This document shows positions 46,001 to 56,411 of a DNA stretch of 64,000 nucleotides, in pieces (the stretch's first letter is position 1; the number at the start of each line of letters is the position of its first letter). The position numbers and the translations under genes were made by a program. The notes beneath the pieces are model-generated. The model searched no databases and was not told where the DNA came from. It was given only the letters and a program-made list of their open reading frames with translations. This DNA is from an uncultured Erysipelotrichales bacterium (GTDB taxonomy: Bacteria > Bacillota_I > Bacilli_A > Erysipelotrichales > Coprobacillaceae), in contig CAJTTM010000010.1 in the NCBI GenBank assembly GCA_910579135.1, positions 716 through 64,715 on the forward strand. Direction: 5' to 3'.

Positions 46001-46720
46001 CGGTCTTAAATCAGGTGGTATAACTGGAAGAGCATCTAAGATCATCCATTCAGGTTGATTATTTGATGATCTAAACGCGTCAATTGCTTCTAATCTCTTC
46101 AATAATTTAGAACGTTTTTGTCCTTGAGCTTCTTTTAAAGCTTTGCTAACATTTTCAAACTCTTCATCTAAATCAACTTTTTGAAGCAATACTTTAATTG
46201 CTTCAGCACCAATTTTAGCCTCAAATTGATTACCAAATTTCTCATAACAACTACGATAATCTCTTTCAGATAAAACTTGTTTATATTCTAAAGGTGTACT
46301 TCCTTTATCAGTAACAACATATGAAACGAAATAAATAATTTCTTCAAGTTGTTTTGCAGTCATATCAAGAATAAGCCCCATTCTTGAAGGAATACCTTTT
46401 AAATACCAAATATGTGCAATAGGAGTTGCTAATTCAATATGCCCCATACGTTCACGACGTACAGATGATTTTGTAACTTCTACACCACAACGATCACAGA
46501 CAACACCTTTATATCTAACTTTCTTATACTTACCACAACTACATTCCCAATCCTTAGAAGGTCCAAAAATCTTTTCACAATATAAACCATCTTTTTCTGG
46601 CTTTTGTGAACGATAGTTAATTGTTTCTGGTCTTTTGACCTCACCATAAGACCACTCACGAATCTTTTCTGGTGAAGCCAAACCAATTTGAATTGCGGAA
46701 AAATTATTTACATCTGCCAT
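43022..46720 (-). CDS. rpoC: DNA-directed RNA polymerase subunit beta'
   Basis: 1232 aa. Zn-finger [20 protein letters not shown] and catalytic NADFDGDQM. Confidence 0.98.
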   Translation of the reverse strand: MADVNNFSAIQIGLASPEKIREWSYGEVKRPETINYRSQKPEKDGLYCEKIFGPSKDWECSCGKYKKVRYKGVVCDRCGVEVTKSSVRRERMGHIELATPIAHIWYLKGIPSRMGLILDMTAKQLEEIIYFVSYVVTDKGSTPLEYKQVLSERDYRSCYEKFGNQFEAKIGAEAIKVLLQKVDLDEEFENVSKALKEAQGQKRSKLLKRLEAIDAFRSSNNQPEWMILDALPVIPPDLRPMLQLDGGRFATSDLNDLYRRVITRNNRLKKLLELGTPSIIVQNEKRMLQEAVDALIDNGRRSKPITGAGGRPLKSLSHTLKGKQGRFRQNLLGKRVDYSGRSVIAVGPTLKMYQCGIPREMALNLFKPFVISGLVREEIATNIKAAERLIEKMDDRIWPIVEEVIKQHPVLLNRAPTLHRLGIQAFEPKLVEGRAIRLHPLVTPAFNADFDGDQMAVHVPLGEEAIQEARQLMLGSNNILGPKDGKPIVTPSQDMVLGNYYLTLEVAGKVGEGTVFADVNEVLMAYDAKTVHLHTRVAIRGKSLNNSTFTEEQNNSYLITTVGKIIFNQIFEGTFPFINDPSKENLERTPDKYFVPMGTDIKEHIKNQAIIMPLNKKALGNIINEVFKTSVMKDTSAMLDKLKDQGFYYSTIAGITVSVYDIQVPHSKYKLFDKADDKLEVITKLYRKGKLTEEERKTSVIKLWEGVKDEVQDVVKEEFESDRNNPIFIMSDSGARGNISNFTQLVGMRGLMSNPKGETIELPIKSSFREGLTASEFFISTHGARKGSTDTALKTADSGYLTRRLVDVAQEVIITEDDCGTDRGFIVTELYNTADNSVIVPLYDRLVGRYSLKDIIDPQSGEIIVHANELMNEITAKKISDAGITSVEIRSIFGCRAQNGVCKRCYGRNLATGNEVELGETIGIMAAQSIGEPGTQLTMRTFHMGGVAGGADITQGLPRIQELFEARNPKAKSIISEIDGEVSNIIDNNGRAEIVVTNVLETKSYLAPYGAKLRVSVGDSVEIGGKITEGSIDPKELLEVADVEAVENYILKEVQKVYRLQGIEISDKHIEIIIRQMLRKMRIVEGGDTGALPGTRINVAKFTEINRDVLRNGKHPAVARPILLGITKASLETDSWLSAASFQETTRILTDAAIKGKVDDLRGLKENVIIGQLLPAGTGLRGALKSPETITAENEEARQLEELETIVEQLDEIDNNETLEQAKNVEEEAFTN

Positions 46721-46734
46721 TTTGGTACTTCCTC

Positions 46735-49700
46735 CTATTCTTCTTCATTTTCTTCATCAAAACTAAACATACTGTCAATAACACTATCTAAAGTACTATC
46801 AGTATCTTCATCAAAGCTTTCGCTTTCTTCTAAACTTTCTTCAGGTAAGTCTTCCTCATTTTCTTCTACTTCTTTAGTTGGAGCAGTATCAATAGAAATA
46901 GGGAAACGACGTTCTTCATCTTCGATTTTTCTCTCTCCGATTTCATTACCTTCATCATCAATAAGTCTAATATCTAAAGCTAATGCTTGAAGTTCTTTCT
47001 TTAAAACTCTGAATGCTTCAGGAATTCCTGGTTCAGGTAATTTTTGTCCCTTAACAATAGCCTCATAAGTTTTAACACGTCCAACAACATCATCAGACTT
47101 AACTGTTAACATTTCACGTAATGTATAAGCAGCACCATAAGCTTCTAATGCCCAAACTTCCATTTCTCCAAATCTCTGACCACCATTTTGAGCTTTACCT
47201 CCTAATGGTTGTTGAGTAGTTAATGAATAAGGACCAACTGATCTTGCATGTAACTTATCATCAACCATGTGAGCAAGTTTAATCATATACATAACACCAA
47301 CAGAAATCTTAGAATCGAAATATTCACCAGTACGACCATCAATAACACTTTGTTTTCCATCAATAGGCATACCTGCTTCTTTCATGACTTCTTCTAAGTC
47401 TGAACTATTTAATCCATCGAAAGCTGGAGTTGCAAAATACATTCCTAATTCTCTTGCAGCATATCCTAAATGAAGTTCAAGAACCTGTCCGATATTCATA
47501 CGAGAAGGAACTCCTAATGGATTTAACATGATATCTAAAATAGTACCATCTTCAAGATGTGGCATATCTTCAATTGGTAAAATTTTTGAAATGACACCCT
47601 TATTACCATGACGACCTGCCATCTTGTCACCTTCACTAATCTTACGTTTTTGAACAATATAAACCTTTACAACTTTATTTACACCTGGTTGTAATTCATC
47701 ACCATTTTTTCTTGTAAAGACTTTAATATCATGAACAATACCTGCACCACCATGAGGAACACGTAAAGAATTGTCTTTAACCTCACGTGATTTTTCACCA
47801 AAGATTGCAAGCAATAATTTTTCCTCAGCAGATAATTCAGCTTGACCTTTTGGAGTGACCTTACCAACTAAAATATCTCCTTCTTTAACTTCAGCACCAA
47901 TCATAATGATACCTTCGCTATTTAAGTTCTTTCTTGCTTCCTCACCAACATTAGGAATATCTCTTGTAATTTCTTCAGGACCTAATTTTGTATCACGACA
48001 TTCAATACTATATTCTTCAATATGAATAGATGTATAAACATCATCTTTAACTAATCTTTCAGACATGATAACAGCATCTTCATAGTTATAACCATTCCAT
48101 GTCATGAAACCAACTAAAACATTTTGTCCTAGAGCTAATTCACCTTGTTCCATAGAAGGACCATCAGCTAGTACTTCACCTTTTAATACTTTATCTCCTA
48201 CTTTTACAATAGGCTTATGATTAATACAGCTTCCAGCATTAGAAATAATAAATTTTAATAAACGATAGTTCTTAGGACCATTTTCCCCTTCAACAATAAT
48301 CTTCTTTGCATCAACATAAGTAACAACACCATCTTCTTTTGCAACAACCGCTGCTCCAGAATCTCTTGCAGCTTGGAATTCCATACCTGTTCCAACAAAT
48401 GGAGCATGTGGATTCAATAATGGTACTGCTTGACGTTGCATGTTAGCACCCATTAAGGCACGAGTCGCATCATCGTTTTCAAGGAAAGGAATACATGAAG
48501 TTGCAACTGAAACGATCTGTTTTGGAGAAACGTCAATAAAATCAACATCTTCTGGCTTGGCCATAATGTTTTCTCCTAAATGACGAGCAATAACTTGTTC
48601 ATCTAACATTCTTCCATTTTCATCAACTTGTATCTTAGCTTGTGCAATAATATAATTCTTTTCTTCATCAGCAGTTAAATAACGCACATCATTTTCATCT
48701 ATAACACTATTATTAACCTTACGATAAGGTGTTTCAATAAATCCATATTTATTAATTTTAGCATAAGATGCTAATGTAGAAATCAATCCAATGTTTGGAC
48801 CTTCAGGAGTTTCGATCGGACAAATACGCCCATAGTGAGATGCATGAACGTCACGTACTTCATAACCTGCACGATCTCTTGATAAACCACCTGGCCCAAG
48901 CGCAGATAAACGACGCTTATTTGTCAACTCTGCAAGAGGATTAATTTGATCCATAAACTGTGATAATTGAGATGAAGAGAAGAACTCTTTAATAGCAGCA
49001 GTTAATGGTCTAATATTTGTAAGAGATTGTGGTGTTACACTATCAACTTCTGATAATGACATTCTTTCTTTTACAACTCTTTCCATTCTTGATAAACCAA
49101 TTCTAAATTGATTTTGAATTAATTCACCAACAGAACGAACACGTCTATTACCTAAATGATCAATATCATCTAATAAACCAATACGACTCATTAAACTAAC
49201 TCTATCATCAGCAGCTAAATCTAAAGAATCAAAAATATCAACTAAATTTAACATATATGAATAAGCAGCTAACATATCAGAAATAGTAATAAATTTACTA
49301 TCTAATGATAAATCAGTACCTATTACTCTCATTTTCTTTGCACGACTATCATCAACATAAACTTCAATGACTTGAATTCTACTATGTGAATTCAAAAACT
49401 CATTTGTTTTTACATCACGCATATGTGCTCCTGCTTGGAAAACAGGTCTTAAAATTTCAATTTTATCTTTTGTAAGTAATGTTCCTTCTTTCATAACAAC
49501 ATTACCATCAATATCTATAACATCTTGAGCTAAAATTCTATTTGTAATACGATCTAATAAATCAATCTTTTTACCTAATTTAAAACGTCCTGCTTTTGCT
49601 AAATCATATCTTTTTGCATCAAAAAACTTTGCAAACAATAAAGAATTAGCCCCTTCTAATGTTGCAGGTTCTCCTGGTCTTAACTTATTATATATCTCTA

Positions 49701-50424
49701 TTAATGCTTCATCAGTATCATGAGTAGGATCCTTAGCTAGTGTATTTGTTAAGAACTCATGTTCACCTAAAACGTCAATAATATCTTCATCACTACTTAA
49801 ACCAAGAGCACGTAAAAGAATTGTCCCTGGTATCTTACGTGTTCTATCAATACGAACATTTAATACATCCTTCGCATCATTTTCAAATTCTAGCCATGTA
49901 CCTCTAGATGGAATAATACTTCCTGTAAAAACAGTCTTACCACTTTTATCCATAGCATCTGCAAAATATGCTCCTGGAGAACGAACTAATTGTGATACAA
50001 TAACACGTTCAGCTCCATTAATAATAAATGTACCTGAGTCTGTCATTAATGGGAAATCACCCATAAATACTTCATTTTCTTTAATTTCTCCTGTACCATT
50101 ATTGATTAGACGTAAAGTAGCACGAATAGGTGCAGAATAATTTGCATCTCTATCTTTACTTTCGTCAGCCGAATATTTAGGTTTATCAAAACGACAATCT
50201 ACAAACTCTAATGTTAATGTTTCATTAAAGTTACTAATCGGATAAACATCATTAAATACTTCTTTAATACCCTCTTCTTTAAACCATTTGTAAGAATTTG
50301 TTTGAATTTCTACTAAATTTGGTAATTCCAATGCACCACTAACTCTAGAATAATTTTTACGAGTTATACGGCTTTTTGACTTTGTTGCACTTTTTTCCAA
50401 GTTCGATTCACTCCTTTTGTTCAT
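46735..50424 (-). CDS. rpoB: DNA-directed RNA polymerase subunit beta
   Basis: Rif-region and catalytic blocks present ([24 protein letters not shown]). Start set at ATG 50424 (MNKRSESN), 6 nt after AGAGGT. Confidence 0.97.
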   Translation of the reverse strand: MNKRSESNLEKSATKSKSRITRKNYSRVSGALELPNLVEIQTNSYKWFKEEGIKEVFNDVYPISNFNETLTLEFVDCRFDKPKYSADESKDRDANYSAPIRATLRLINNGTGEIKENEVFMGDFPLMTDSGTFIINGAERVIVSQLVRSPGAYFADAMDKSGKTVFTGSIIPSRGTWLEFENDAKDVLNVRIDRTRKIPGTILLRALGLSSDEDIIDVLGEHEFLTNTLAKDPTHDTDEALIEIYNKLRPGEPATLEGANSLLFAKFFDAKRYDLAKAGRFKLGKKIDLLDRITNRILAQDVIDIDGNVVMKEGTLLTKDKIEILRPVFQAGAHMRDVKTNEFLNSHSRIQVIEVYVDDSRAKKMRVIGTDLSLDSKFITISDMLAAYSYMLNLVDIFDSLDLAADDRVSLMSRIGLLDDIDHLGNRRVRSVGELIQNQFRIGLSRMERVVKERMSLSEVDSVTPQSLTNIRPLTAAIKEFFSSSQLSQFMDQINPLAELTNKRRLSALGPGGLSRDRAGYEVRDVHASHYGRICPIETPEGPNIGLISTLASYAKINKYGFIETPYRKVNNSVIDENDVRYLTADEEKNYIIAQAKIQVDENGRMLDEQVIARHLGENIMAKPEDVDFIDVSPKQIVSVATSCIPFLENDDATRALMGANMQRQAVPLLNPHAPFVGTGMEFQAARDSGAAVVAKEDGVVTYVDAKKIIVEGENGPKNYRLLKFIISNAGSCINHKPIVKVGDKVLKGEVLADGPSMEQGELALGQNVLVGFMTWNGYNYEDAVIMSERLVKDDVYTSIHIEEYSIECRDTKLGPEEITRDIPNVGEEARKNLNSEGIIMIGAEVKEGDILVGKVTPKGQAELSAEEKLLLAIFGEKSREVKDNSLRVPHGGAGIVHDIKVFTRKNGDELQPGVNKVVKVYIVQKRKISEGDKMAGRHGNKGVISKILPIEDMPHLEDGTILDIMLNPLGVPSRMNIGQVLELHLGYAARELGMYFATPAFDGLNSSDLEEVMKEAGMPIDGKQSVIDGRTGEYFDSKISVGVMYMIKLAHMVDDKLHARSVGPYSLTTQQPLGGKAQNGGQRFGEMEVWALEAYGAAYTLREMLTVKSDDVVGRVKTYEAIVKGQKLPEPGIPEAFRVLKKELQALALDIRLIDDEGNEIGERKIEDEERRFPISIDTAPTKEVEENEEDLPEESLEESESFDEDTDSTLDSVIDSMFSFDEENEEE

Positions 50425-50545
50425 CTCTATACCTCTGTTGAAAAAAGCTAAAAAACACTGCTTTTTATACATGGTTAGGCATTTTATTATACTAGCATAT
50501 TAGAATACATTAGTCAATAAAATTTTTAAATTCACATGTATATTT

Positions 50546-51148
50546 TTACAGTGCTTTTTTTAATGATTTCAATATATAATATCCTTTATCTTTTTTAACA
50601 ATCTCACAATTCCCAAATACTTTTTCCATTTCTTTTTTAGCAGAAGGAGCCCCTTGTTTTTTTTGAATGACAATCATTAGAAATCCATTATTATTTAAAT
50701 ATTGATATGCTTTATCCAAAATTTCAAAAACAACTTTTTTCCCCGCCCTTATTGGCGGATTAGAGATAATCACATCAAATAACCCATCAACATTTTCATA
50801 GGCAAAACTTTTATAAGCCTTGATATTTGTAAGTTTATTATATTTTATAGACTCATTTGTAAGGTGTATTGCTCTCTCATTAACATCTATCATTTCAACA
50901 TCAAGCCAAGGATATTCTTTTTTTAAAGAAATGCCTAAAGTTCCATATCCGCAACCTACATCAAGTAATCTTTTATGTCTTTCTTCTATTTCAATAGCAT
51001 CCAAAAGAACTCTAGACCCATAATCAACTTTGTCTTTTGAAAACACACCATAATCACTAATAAAAGTGATATTATGTTGACGATAACGAAAATGAATCTT
51101 CATTTCTTCTGATTTTAAATCTATATTGTTTGTATAATAATGAGCCAT
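50546..51148 (-). CDS. class I SAM-dependent methyltransferase, RsmC/YbxB-like
   Basis: LDVGCGYGTLG SAM motif and NPPIRAGK. Same position as B. subtilis ybxB between rplL and rpoB. Start set at ATG 51148. Confidence 0.8.
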   Translation of the reverse strand: MAHYYTNNIDLKSEEMKIHFRYRQHNITFISDYGVFSKDKVDYGSRVLLDAIEIEERHKRLLDVGCGYGTLGISLKKEYPWLDVEMIDVNERAIHLTNESIKYNKLTNIKAYKSFAYENVDGLFDVIISNPPIRAGKKVVFEILDKAYQYLNNNGFLMIVIQKKQGAPSAKKEMEKVFGNCEIVKKDKGYYILKSLKKAL

Positions 51149-51232
51149 TTTTTTCTTTCCTTTCACCTTCACTATTATGTCATAACCCTTTTTGAAAGTA
51201 AATAAAAACTTTTTTATATTATATAGACAAAA

Positions 51233-51260
51233 GAAAAAAAGCCTTTAATTAAGGCTTTTA
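51233..51260 (-). terminator. rho-independent terminator after rplL
   Basis: Minus strand AAGCCTT-AATT-AAAGGCTT followed by T7. Confidence 0.75.
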
Positions 51261-51269
51261 GATAATCAA

Positions 51270-51641
51270 TTATTTAACTTCTACAGTTGCTCCAGCAGCT
51301 TCAAGTTTTTCTTTGATTTGAGCTCCTTCTTCAGCTGGAATGTCTTTCTTGATTTCTGAAGGTACTTTATCAACCAAACCTTTAGCATCAACTAATCCTA
51401 ATCCAGTGATTTCTCTTACAGCTTTAATAACTGCAACTTTAGTTGCCCCAACATCTGTTAATGTAACAGTAACGTTAGCAGGTGCAGCGTCAGCAGCTTC
51501 AGCTGGTCCAGCAGCTACAGCTACAGGTGCAGCAGCAGTTACATCAAATTTTTCTTCAATTGCTTTTACTAATTCATTTAATTCTAAAATTGTAGCTTCT
51601 TCTAAATAAGCTAAGATTTCATCTTGTGTTAATTTTGCCAT
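51270..51641 (-). CDS. rplL: 50S ribosomal protein L7/L12
   Basis: 123 aa. Ala-rich hinge and C-terminal [14 protein letters not shown]. Confidence 0.97.
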   Translation of the reverse strand: MAKLTQDEILAYLEEATILELNELVKAIEEKFDVTAAAPVAVAAGPAEAADAAPANVTVTLTDVGATKVAVIKAVREITGLGLVDAKGLVDKVPSEIKKDIPAEEGAQIKEKLEAAGATVEVK

Positions 51642-51665
51642 TTTAATTTCCTCCTAATATTTTCA

Positions 51666-52178
51666 TTATTCAGCAGCAGGAGCTGCTTCTCCATCTTTAT
51701 CAGCAACAGCTTTAATAGCTCTCGCAACTTTTGCGACTGGTTCTTTTAAACAACATAATAACATTGAGTACATACCTTCACGTCCAGGTAACTTAGAAAC
51801 AGCCATAATTTCTTCTTTTGGTAATACTTTACCTTCAATAATACCAGCTTTAATAACTAAAGCTTCATGATCTTTTGCAAATTTTGCTAAAACTCTTGCA
51901 GGTGCAACTGCATCTTCATGACCAAAAGCAAAAGCATTTGGTCCAGTTAATGAATTATTTAATTCTTCATAACCTTGTTCAGCAGCAGCTCTTTGAACTA
52001 ATTTGTTTTTATAAACTTTTAATTCTACGTTTTCTTCTCTTAATGCACAACGTAATTCTGTTACTTCTGCAACTGTTAAACCACGATATTCAACAACTAC
52101 TGTTGATTGAGCATCTTTCATTTTTTCAGCGACTTCAGCAACAACTGCTTTTTTAGCATCAATAATTGCTTGATTCAT
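51666..52178 (-). CDS. rplJ: 50S ribosomal protein L10
   Basis: 170 aa. VVEYRGLTVAEVTELR. Confidence 0.97.
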   Translation of the reverse strand: MNQAIIDAKKAVVAEVAEKMKDAQSTVVVEYRGLTVAEVTELRCALREENVELKVYKNKLVQRAAAEQGYEELNNSLTGPNAFAFGHEDAVAPARVLAKFAKDHEALVIKAGIIEGKVLPKEEIMAVSKLPGREGMYSMLLCCLKEPVAKVARAIKAVADKDGEAAPAAE

Positions 52179-52350
52179 TGCTACACCTCCTATTAAATTT
52201 TAATATATGCAACAATATATCCGTCAAAAAAACTCCTATACATAGACAGGAGTTCATAGTCATCTCTATTGACTTTAAACACCTCGGTAACATTATTAAG
52301 GATAAACCCGTTACTGTCTACGGTATATTGATTGCGACTTTATTTTGTTA
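52179..52350 (-). ncRNA. rplJ (L10) leader with attenuator terminator
   Basis: The intergenic leader holds CCGTAGACAGTAACGGG...ACCGAGGTG and the hairpin AACTCCT-N11-AGGAGTT plus T7 (52255..52225), just before the rplJ SD. Confidence 0.6.
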
Positions 52351-53037
52351 TTACATTGAAGTAACAACTTTAATGCTAGGTCCCATTGTTGATGAAATAA
52401 CGATGTTTTTCATATAAACACCTTTAGATGAAGATGGTTTAGATTTAACAATTAAATCATAAACTGTCTTGAAGTTTTCAACTAATTTATCTTCATCAAA
52501 TGAAACTCTACCAATTGGCATGTGCACATTACCATCTTTATCAGTACGGTATGTAACTTTACCAGCCTTAGTTTCTTGAACTGCTTTAGCAACATCCATA
52601 GTTACTGTCCCAGTTTTTGGGTTAGGCATTAACCCTTTAGGCCCTAAGATACGACCTAATTTTCCTAATTGAGCCATCATATCTGGAGTAGCAATCATTA
52701 CTTCGAAATCCAACCAACCATTTTTGATATCTTCTAAGTATTCTTCTCCACCAACTAAGTCAGCACCTGCTGCTTTAGCTTCTTCGACTTTAGCCCCTTT
52801 AGCAATAACTAATACTTTTTTAGATTTACCAGTTCCATTTGGTAAAACAATAGCTCCACGTAATTGTTGATCAGCATGTCTAGGATCTACTCCTAATTTA
52901 AATACAACATCTACGCCAGCATCGAATTTTACATTACTTGTCTTTTTGACTAATGAAACAGCTTCTTCGATTGAATATGCTTTACCTTTTTCAATTAAAG
53001 CAGCAGCTTCGTTATATCTTTTACTTTTCTTTGCCAT
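52351..53037 (-). CDS. rplA: 50S ribosomal protein L1
   Basis: 228 aa. MAKKSKRY... [22 protein letters not shown]. Confidence 0.97.
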   Translation of the reverse strand: MAKKSKRYNEAAALIEKGKAYSIEEAVSLVKKTSNVKFDAGVDVVFKLGVDPRHADQQLRGAIVLPNGTGKSKKVLVIAKGAKVEEAKAAGADLVGGEEYLEDIKNGWLDFEVMIATPDMMAQLGKLGRILGPKGLMPNPKTGTVTMDVAKAVQETKAGKVTYRTDKDGNVHMPIGRVSFDEDKLVENFKTVYDLIVKSKPSSSKGVYMKNIVISSTMGPSIKVVTSM

Positions 53038-53051
53038 TTTCTATCCTCCTT

Positions 53052-53080
53052 AAGTGGTAATAGCGGATTTTCCTCCCACT
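53052..53080 (-). promoter_or_regulatory. L1-binding-site-like hairpin in front of rplA
   Basis: Minus strand AGTGGGAGGAAAATCCGCTATTACCACTT, directly 5' of the rplA SD. Confidence 0.5.
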
Positions 53081-53112
53081 ATACGATGAATAAAATTCAT
53101 CAAGCTTTTTTA

Positions 53113-53532
53113 CTAAGCATCTAAACCTTCAACTTTGATACCCATATTACGAGCAGTACCTGCAACAATCTTCATAGCACCTTCAATGTCGATTGCATTC
53201 AAATCAGGCATTTTATATTCAGCAACTTCTTTTAATTTATCTGCTGAAATAGTAGCAACTACCTGTTTAGAATCTGAAGCACCTTTTTTAATTCCACATG
53301 CTTTTAAAAGCATTTCTGCAGTAGGTGCAGTTTTTAATACGAAATCAAAGCTCTTATCTTCATAAACTGTTAAGACTACAGGTACAGTTTCACCAGCACG
53401 ATCTCTTGTTTGATCATTGAAAGCTGTACAGAATTTAGGCATTTGAATTCCTGCTCCTGCCAAAGCTGGACCTGGTTTAGCACCACCAGCTGGGAATTGA
53501 ATTTTCATAATTCTAGTAACTTTTTTACTCAC
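53113..53532 (-). CDS. rplK: 50S ribosomal protein L11
   Basis: GTG start 53532, 8 nt after GGAGG: (M)SKKVTRIMKIQFPAGGAKPGPALAGAGI. Confidence 0.95.
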   Translation of the reverse strand: MSKKVTRIMKIQFPAGGAKPGPALAGAGIQMPKFCTAFNDQTRDRAGETVPVVLTVYEDKSFDFVLKTAPTAEMLLKACGIKKGASDSKQVVATISADKLKEVAEYKMPDLNAIDIEGAMKIVAGTARNMGIKVEGLDA

Positions 53533-53562
53533 GAGACACACCTCCTAATTAAATTTGTCCGT

Positions 53563-53593
53563 GCAGTGGTAATTGGACAAAGTCCTCCCACGC
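53563..53593 (-). promoter_or_regulatory. L1-binding-site-like hairpin in the rplK leader
   Basis: Minus strand GCGTGGGAGGACTTTGTCCAATTACCACTGC. It shares GTGGGAGGA...ATTACCAC with 53052..53080. Confidence 0.5.
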
Positions 53594-53620
53594 ATTCAAC
53601 ACATACTGTGTCGATTAATT

Positions 53621-53648
53621 ATTATACATAAAATTACCAATAATGCAA
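53621..53648 (-). promoter_or_regulatory. sigma-A promoter of rplKA
   Basis: TTGCAT (53648..53643), 16-nt spacer, TATAAT (53626..53621). Confidence 0.65.
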
Positions 53649-53693
53649 GACTTTTCCTTGTTTTTTCTAATTAATTTTATATCCTTTATTTAA

Positions 53694-53727
53694 CACAAAA
53701 AACAATCCAGATTCAATCTGGATTGTT
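53694..53727 (-). terminator. rho-independent terminator after nusG
   Basis: Minus strand AACAATCCAGAT-TGA-ATCTGGATTGTT followed by TTTTG. Confidence 0.8.
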
Positions 53728-53729
53728 CA

Positions 53730-54287
53730 TTATAATTCTTCTTTTTCAAGTTTAATTAATTCAACTTCCATAGGTGTTTGATTACCTAAAAAATCAATTA
53801 ATACAATAGCATTCTCTTTTTCTAAATCAATAGATTCAACTTTTCCATGTTTACCTGCAAAAGGACCAGATAAGACTTTAACATCATCTCCTACTTCAAA
53901 GTTCAACTCTAATTGAGATGTACGAATCCCCATACTCTTTAAAATAGGATCAATTTCATGTTTTTGAAGTGGAAAAGGTTTAGCCCCTCCACCAGAAGAT
54001 CCAATAAACCCAGTTACTCCTGATGTATTACGAACAACATACCATGCCTCATCAGTCATAACCATCTCTACTAAAACATATCCAGGAAACATAATTTTTG
54101 ATTTATTTACTTTTTTTCCATCTTTGATTTCTGTTTCAATATGTTCAGGAATCACAATATTAAATAAAGTATCTTGTAACCCCATAGATTCAACACGTTT
54201 TTCTAAGTTCTCTTTTACTTTGTTTTCATGACCTGAATACGTATTAACAACATACCAGCGTCTTCCTTCATCATTCATTCCAGCCAT
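53730..54287 (-). CDS. nusG: transcription termination/antitermination factor NusG
   Basis: 185 aa. WYVVNTYSGHENKV NGN domain and KOW (GDDVKVLSGPFAGKHGKVE). Confidence 0.95.
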   Translation of the reverse strand: MAGMNDEGRRWYVVNTYSGHENKVKENLEKRVESMGLQDTLFNIVIPEHIETEIKDGKKVNKSKIMFPGYVLVEMVMTDEAWYVVRNTSGVTGFIGSSGGGAKPFPLQKHEIDPILKSMGIRTSQLELNFEVGDDVKVLSGPFAGKHGKVESIDLEKENAIVLIDFLGNQTPMEVELIKLEKEEL

Positions 54288-54288
54288 A

Positions 54289-54477
54289 TTATTTCATCCC
54301 CAATGTTTTTAATATAAACGCAATAATAATATCACTTAAATAAAAATATACACCAAACATAAAGCAGAAAACAAGCACGATTGCTGAATTCTTGATAAGT
54401 TCTTTCTTTGTTAACCAATGAACATTTTGAATTTCAGCTCTAATACCTTTTAAATTGCACCATTCCTTAATCTTCAT
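54289..54477 (-). CDS. secE: preprotein translocase subunit SecE
   Basis: 62 aa, single C-terminal TM, sits between rpmG and nusG. Confidence 0.85.
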   Translation of the reverse strand: MKIKEWCNLKGIRAEIQNVHWLTKKELIKNSAIVLVFCFMFGVYFYLSDIIIAFILKTLGMK

Positions 54478-54486
54478 ATAACCCTC

Positions 54487-54636
54487 CTATTTTGTCTCCT
54501 TGTGTAAAGTATGCTTACCACACTTCTTACAATATTTATTCAATTCTAATCGCTGTACATTTACACGTTTATTTTTTGTAACAGAATAATTACGTGATAA
54601 ACATTCACTGCATACCAATATTACTTTTTGTTTCAT
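54487..54636 (-). CDS. rpmG: 50S ribosomal protein L33 (not in the ORF track, 49 aa)
   Basis: Own translation: [49 protein letters not shown], with CxxC...CxxC zinc ribbon. Confidence 0.9.
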   Translation of the reverse strand: MKQKVILVCSECLSRNYSVTKNKRVNVQRLELNKYCKKCGKHTLHKETK

Positions 54637-54655
54637 GTTCATCATTCCTTTTTCA

Positions 54656-55279
54656 TTATTTTAATGTATCACATTTTAATTCGCTAGTCAATCTCATATT
54701 ACAAATGTGTAATTTTTTTGAAACTCTATACGCTGCATTATAGCAACTTTTAGCACTAATATTTAAAATTTGTGTAATTTCATCTGTTGTATAGCCTAGC
54801 TCCATATAATGATATACTTTTCTTTCTATTGAAGTTAGTTCCTTTTGTGCATATTCCCCATACTCAACTTCATTTTCCTTAATAATCATGGCATTATCAG
54901 GTATTTGAGTAAAGGGCGCCTTTAAAGCATAGTCTTCATATGTTTTTTCATCTATAATATATTCATCTATAGATAGAGGAACCGATTTCAATTGACTATA
55001 ATATTGCTTTAACATTGTATATATACGATATCTAACACACTTCTTAAAAAAAGTACTTAAAGAAGCATTTTTATCACTTCGATATTGATATAGTATATTC
55101 ATAAAAATCATTGAAATTTCAGCCACCATCTCTTCCAGTTCTATTAAACACTGATTTCGACAAATTATTTCCCGGGCTATATTTCTTACATATCGACTAT
55201 ATGAATAATACAATTCCTCCATAGCCCATTCATTCCCACACATCATTAAATATAATAACTCTTCGTCGCTCATATTCAC
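54656..55279 (-). CDS. sigma-70 family sigma factor, SigH-like by position and domain layout
   Basis: 207 aa. Region 2-like segment [19 protein letters not shown] and region 4 [46 protein letters not shown]. Occupies the sigH slot of the Bacillus cysS-rpoC cluster. Confidence 0.6.
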   Translation of the reverse strand: MNMSDEELLYLMMCGNEWAMEELYYSYSRYVRNIAREIICRNQCLIELEEMVAEISMIFMNILYQYRSDKNASLSTFFKKCVRYRIYTMLKQYYSQLKSVPLSIDEYIIDEKTYEDYALKAPFTQIPDNAMIIKENEVEYGEYAQKELTSIERKVYHYMELGYTTDEITQILNISAKSCYNAAYRVSKKLHICNMRLTSELKCDTLK

Positions 55280-55290
55280 ACAACTCCCTT

Positions 55291-56019
55291 CTACGATAAA
55301 GGATGACGTGAATTATAAACCTCATATAATATAACTGCTGTCGCAACTGATGCATTGAGCGAAGTCACATGACCTTCCATTGGTAAAACAACATTTATAT
55401 CACATTGTTTTTTTACCAAACGAGATATGCCAAAACCTTCAGACCCAATAACAATAACTAATGGCATATTGTAATCAACCTTACGATAATCCTGTGACTC
55501 ATTCAAATCACAGCCAACAACCCAAAAACCTTGTTTTTTTAAATCATCTAAAGTTCTTGATAAATTAGTCACTTGAGCAACCTTAATATAATCAATTGCT
55601 CCTGTTGATACTTTCGCAACAGTTGGTGTTAATCCAACACTTCTGTTTTTACCAATAATAACACCATCAACCCCAACAGCATCACAAGTCCTTAAGATTG
55701 CACCTAAATTATGAGGATCCTCCAAACCATCAAGCATAAGGAGTAAAGGTTGCTTATTACTAGGAATAGATGATAGGATTTGAGATAATGGTGTATAATC
55801 ATAACCTTTAACTTCAGCAACGATTCCTTGATGAACAACTTTACCAACCAAATTATATAAATGGTTTTTATCAGTAATCACATAATCAATTTTTCTTTTT
55901 TGACATACTTGTATAATTTTGTTATCCACAGCATTTTTTAATAAATAAAGTTTATAAATCTCTTTATCACCTTTTAAAGCTTCTAAAACTGTATTTTTAC
56001 CATAAATATATTGCTTCAT
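55291..56019 (-). CDS. rlmB: 23S rRNA (guanosine-2'-O)-methyltransferase, TrmH/SpoU family
   Basis: SpoU motifs DGLEDPHNLGAILRT, VIGSEGFGISR, SLNASVATAVILYE. Start set at ATG 56019. Confidence 0.85.
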   Translation of the reverse strand: MKQYIYGKNTVLEALKGDKEIYKLYLLKNAVDNKIIQVCQKRKIDYVITDKNHLYNLVGKVVHQGIVAEVKGYDYTPLSQILSSIPSNKQPLLLMLDGLEDPHNLGAILRTCDAVGVDGVIIGKNRSVGLTPTVAKVSTGAIDYIKVAQVTNLSRTLDDLKKQGFWVVGCDLNESQDYRKVDYNMPLVIVIGSEGFGISRLVKKQCDINVVLPMEGHVTSLNASVATAVILYEVYNSRHPLS

Positions 56020-56411
56020 AAACATTCTCCATCAACATAACCTTTATATAGTTCAAAAATCTCCTGAATTCTACTCATATTATCCAATAAATATAAATGA
56101 CCAATCAAAGTTTCAAAACCAGAGGATTGATTATGAGTAATAACACTCATATTCTTAACATGCCTTCTTCCTTTCGCATTCCTTCCTCTTTTATAAATAA
56201 CAATCTCTTCATCACTTAACCAACCACATTCAATAGCTTTTTGCATAAATCCTGCTTGAGCCTTTGCACTTACATATTGAACCGCCTCTTTTTGTAACAA
56301 ATCTGGTTTAACAATATGACATTCCTTAATCAAAAACTCTCTTACATAAACCTCAAAAACACTATCACCTAAATAAGCAACCGTTAAAGCTGGTAGTAAT
56401 TCTGGTTTCAT
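56016..56411 (-). CDS. mrnC: Mini-ribonuclease 3
   Basis: 131 aa. LAYLGDSVFEVYVREFL RNase III-like signature. Lies between cysS and rlmB as in Bacillus. Confidence 0.85.
   Translation of the reverse strand: MKPELLPALTVAYLGDSVFEVYVREFLIKECHIVKPDLLQKEAVQYVSAKAQAGFMQKAIECGWLSDEEIVIYKRGRNAKGRRHVKNMSVITHNQSSGFETLIGHLYLLDNMSRIQEIFELYKGYVDGECL

Noticed and set aside
43022-46960. Acidic C-terminal tails on RpoC (~45 aa) and RpoB (~70 aa) as a novelty
   Set aside because: As far as I recall, B. subtilis RpoB also ends in an acidic tail. This is probably a lineage trait rather than a distinct feature, and I cannot quantify it without alignments.
46688-46990. 100-aa Ser/Leu-rich plus-strand ORF
   Set aside because: It is the antisense mirror of the Glu/Asp-rich C-terminal tail of rpoB and of the rpoB-rpoC junction. 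It is low complexity with no SD.
51340-52156. Plus-strand ORFs 51340..51609 and 51875..52156
   Set aside because: Both are antisense to the highly conserved rplL and rplJ. The Ala/Leu/Gln-rich products are artefacts of biased codon complements.
52166-52417. 83-aa plus-strand ORF across the rplA-rplJ intergenic region
   Set aside because: It overlaps the L10 leader and the rplA 3' end on the opposite strand, and has no SD.
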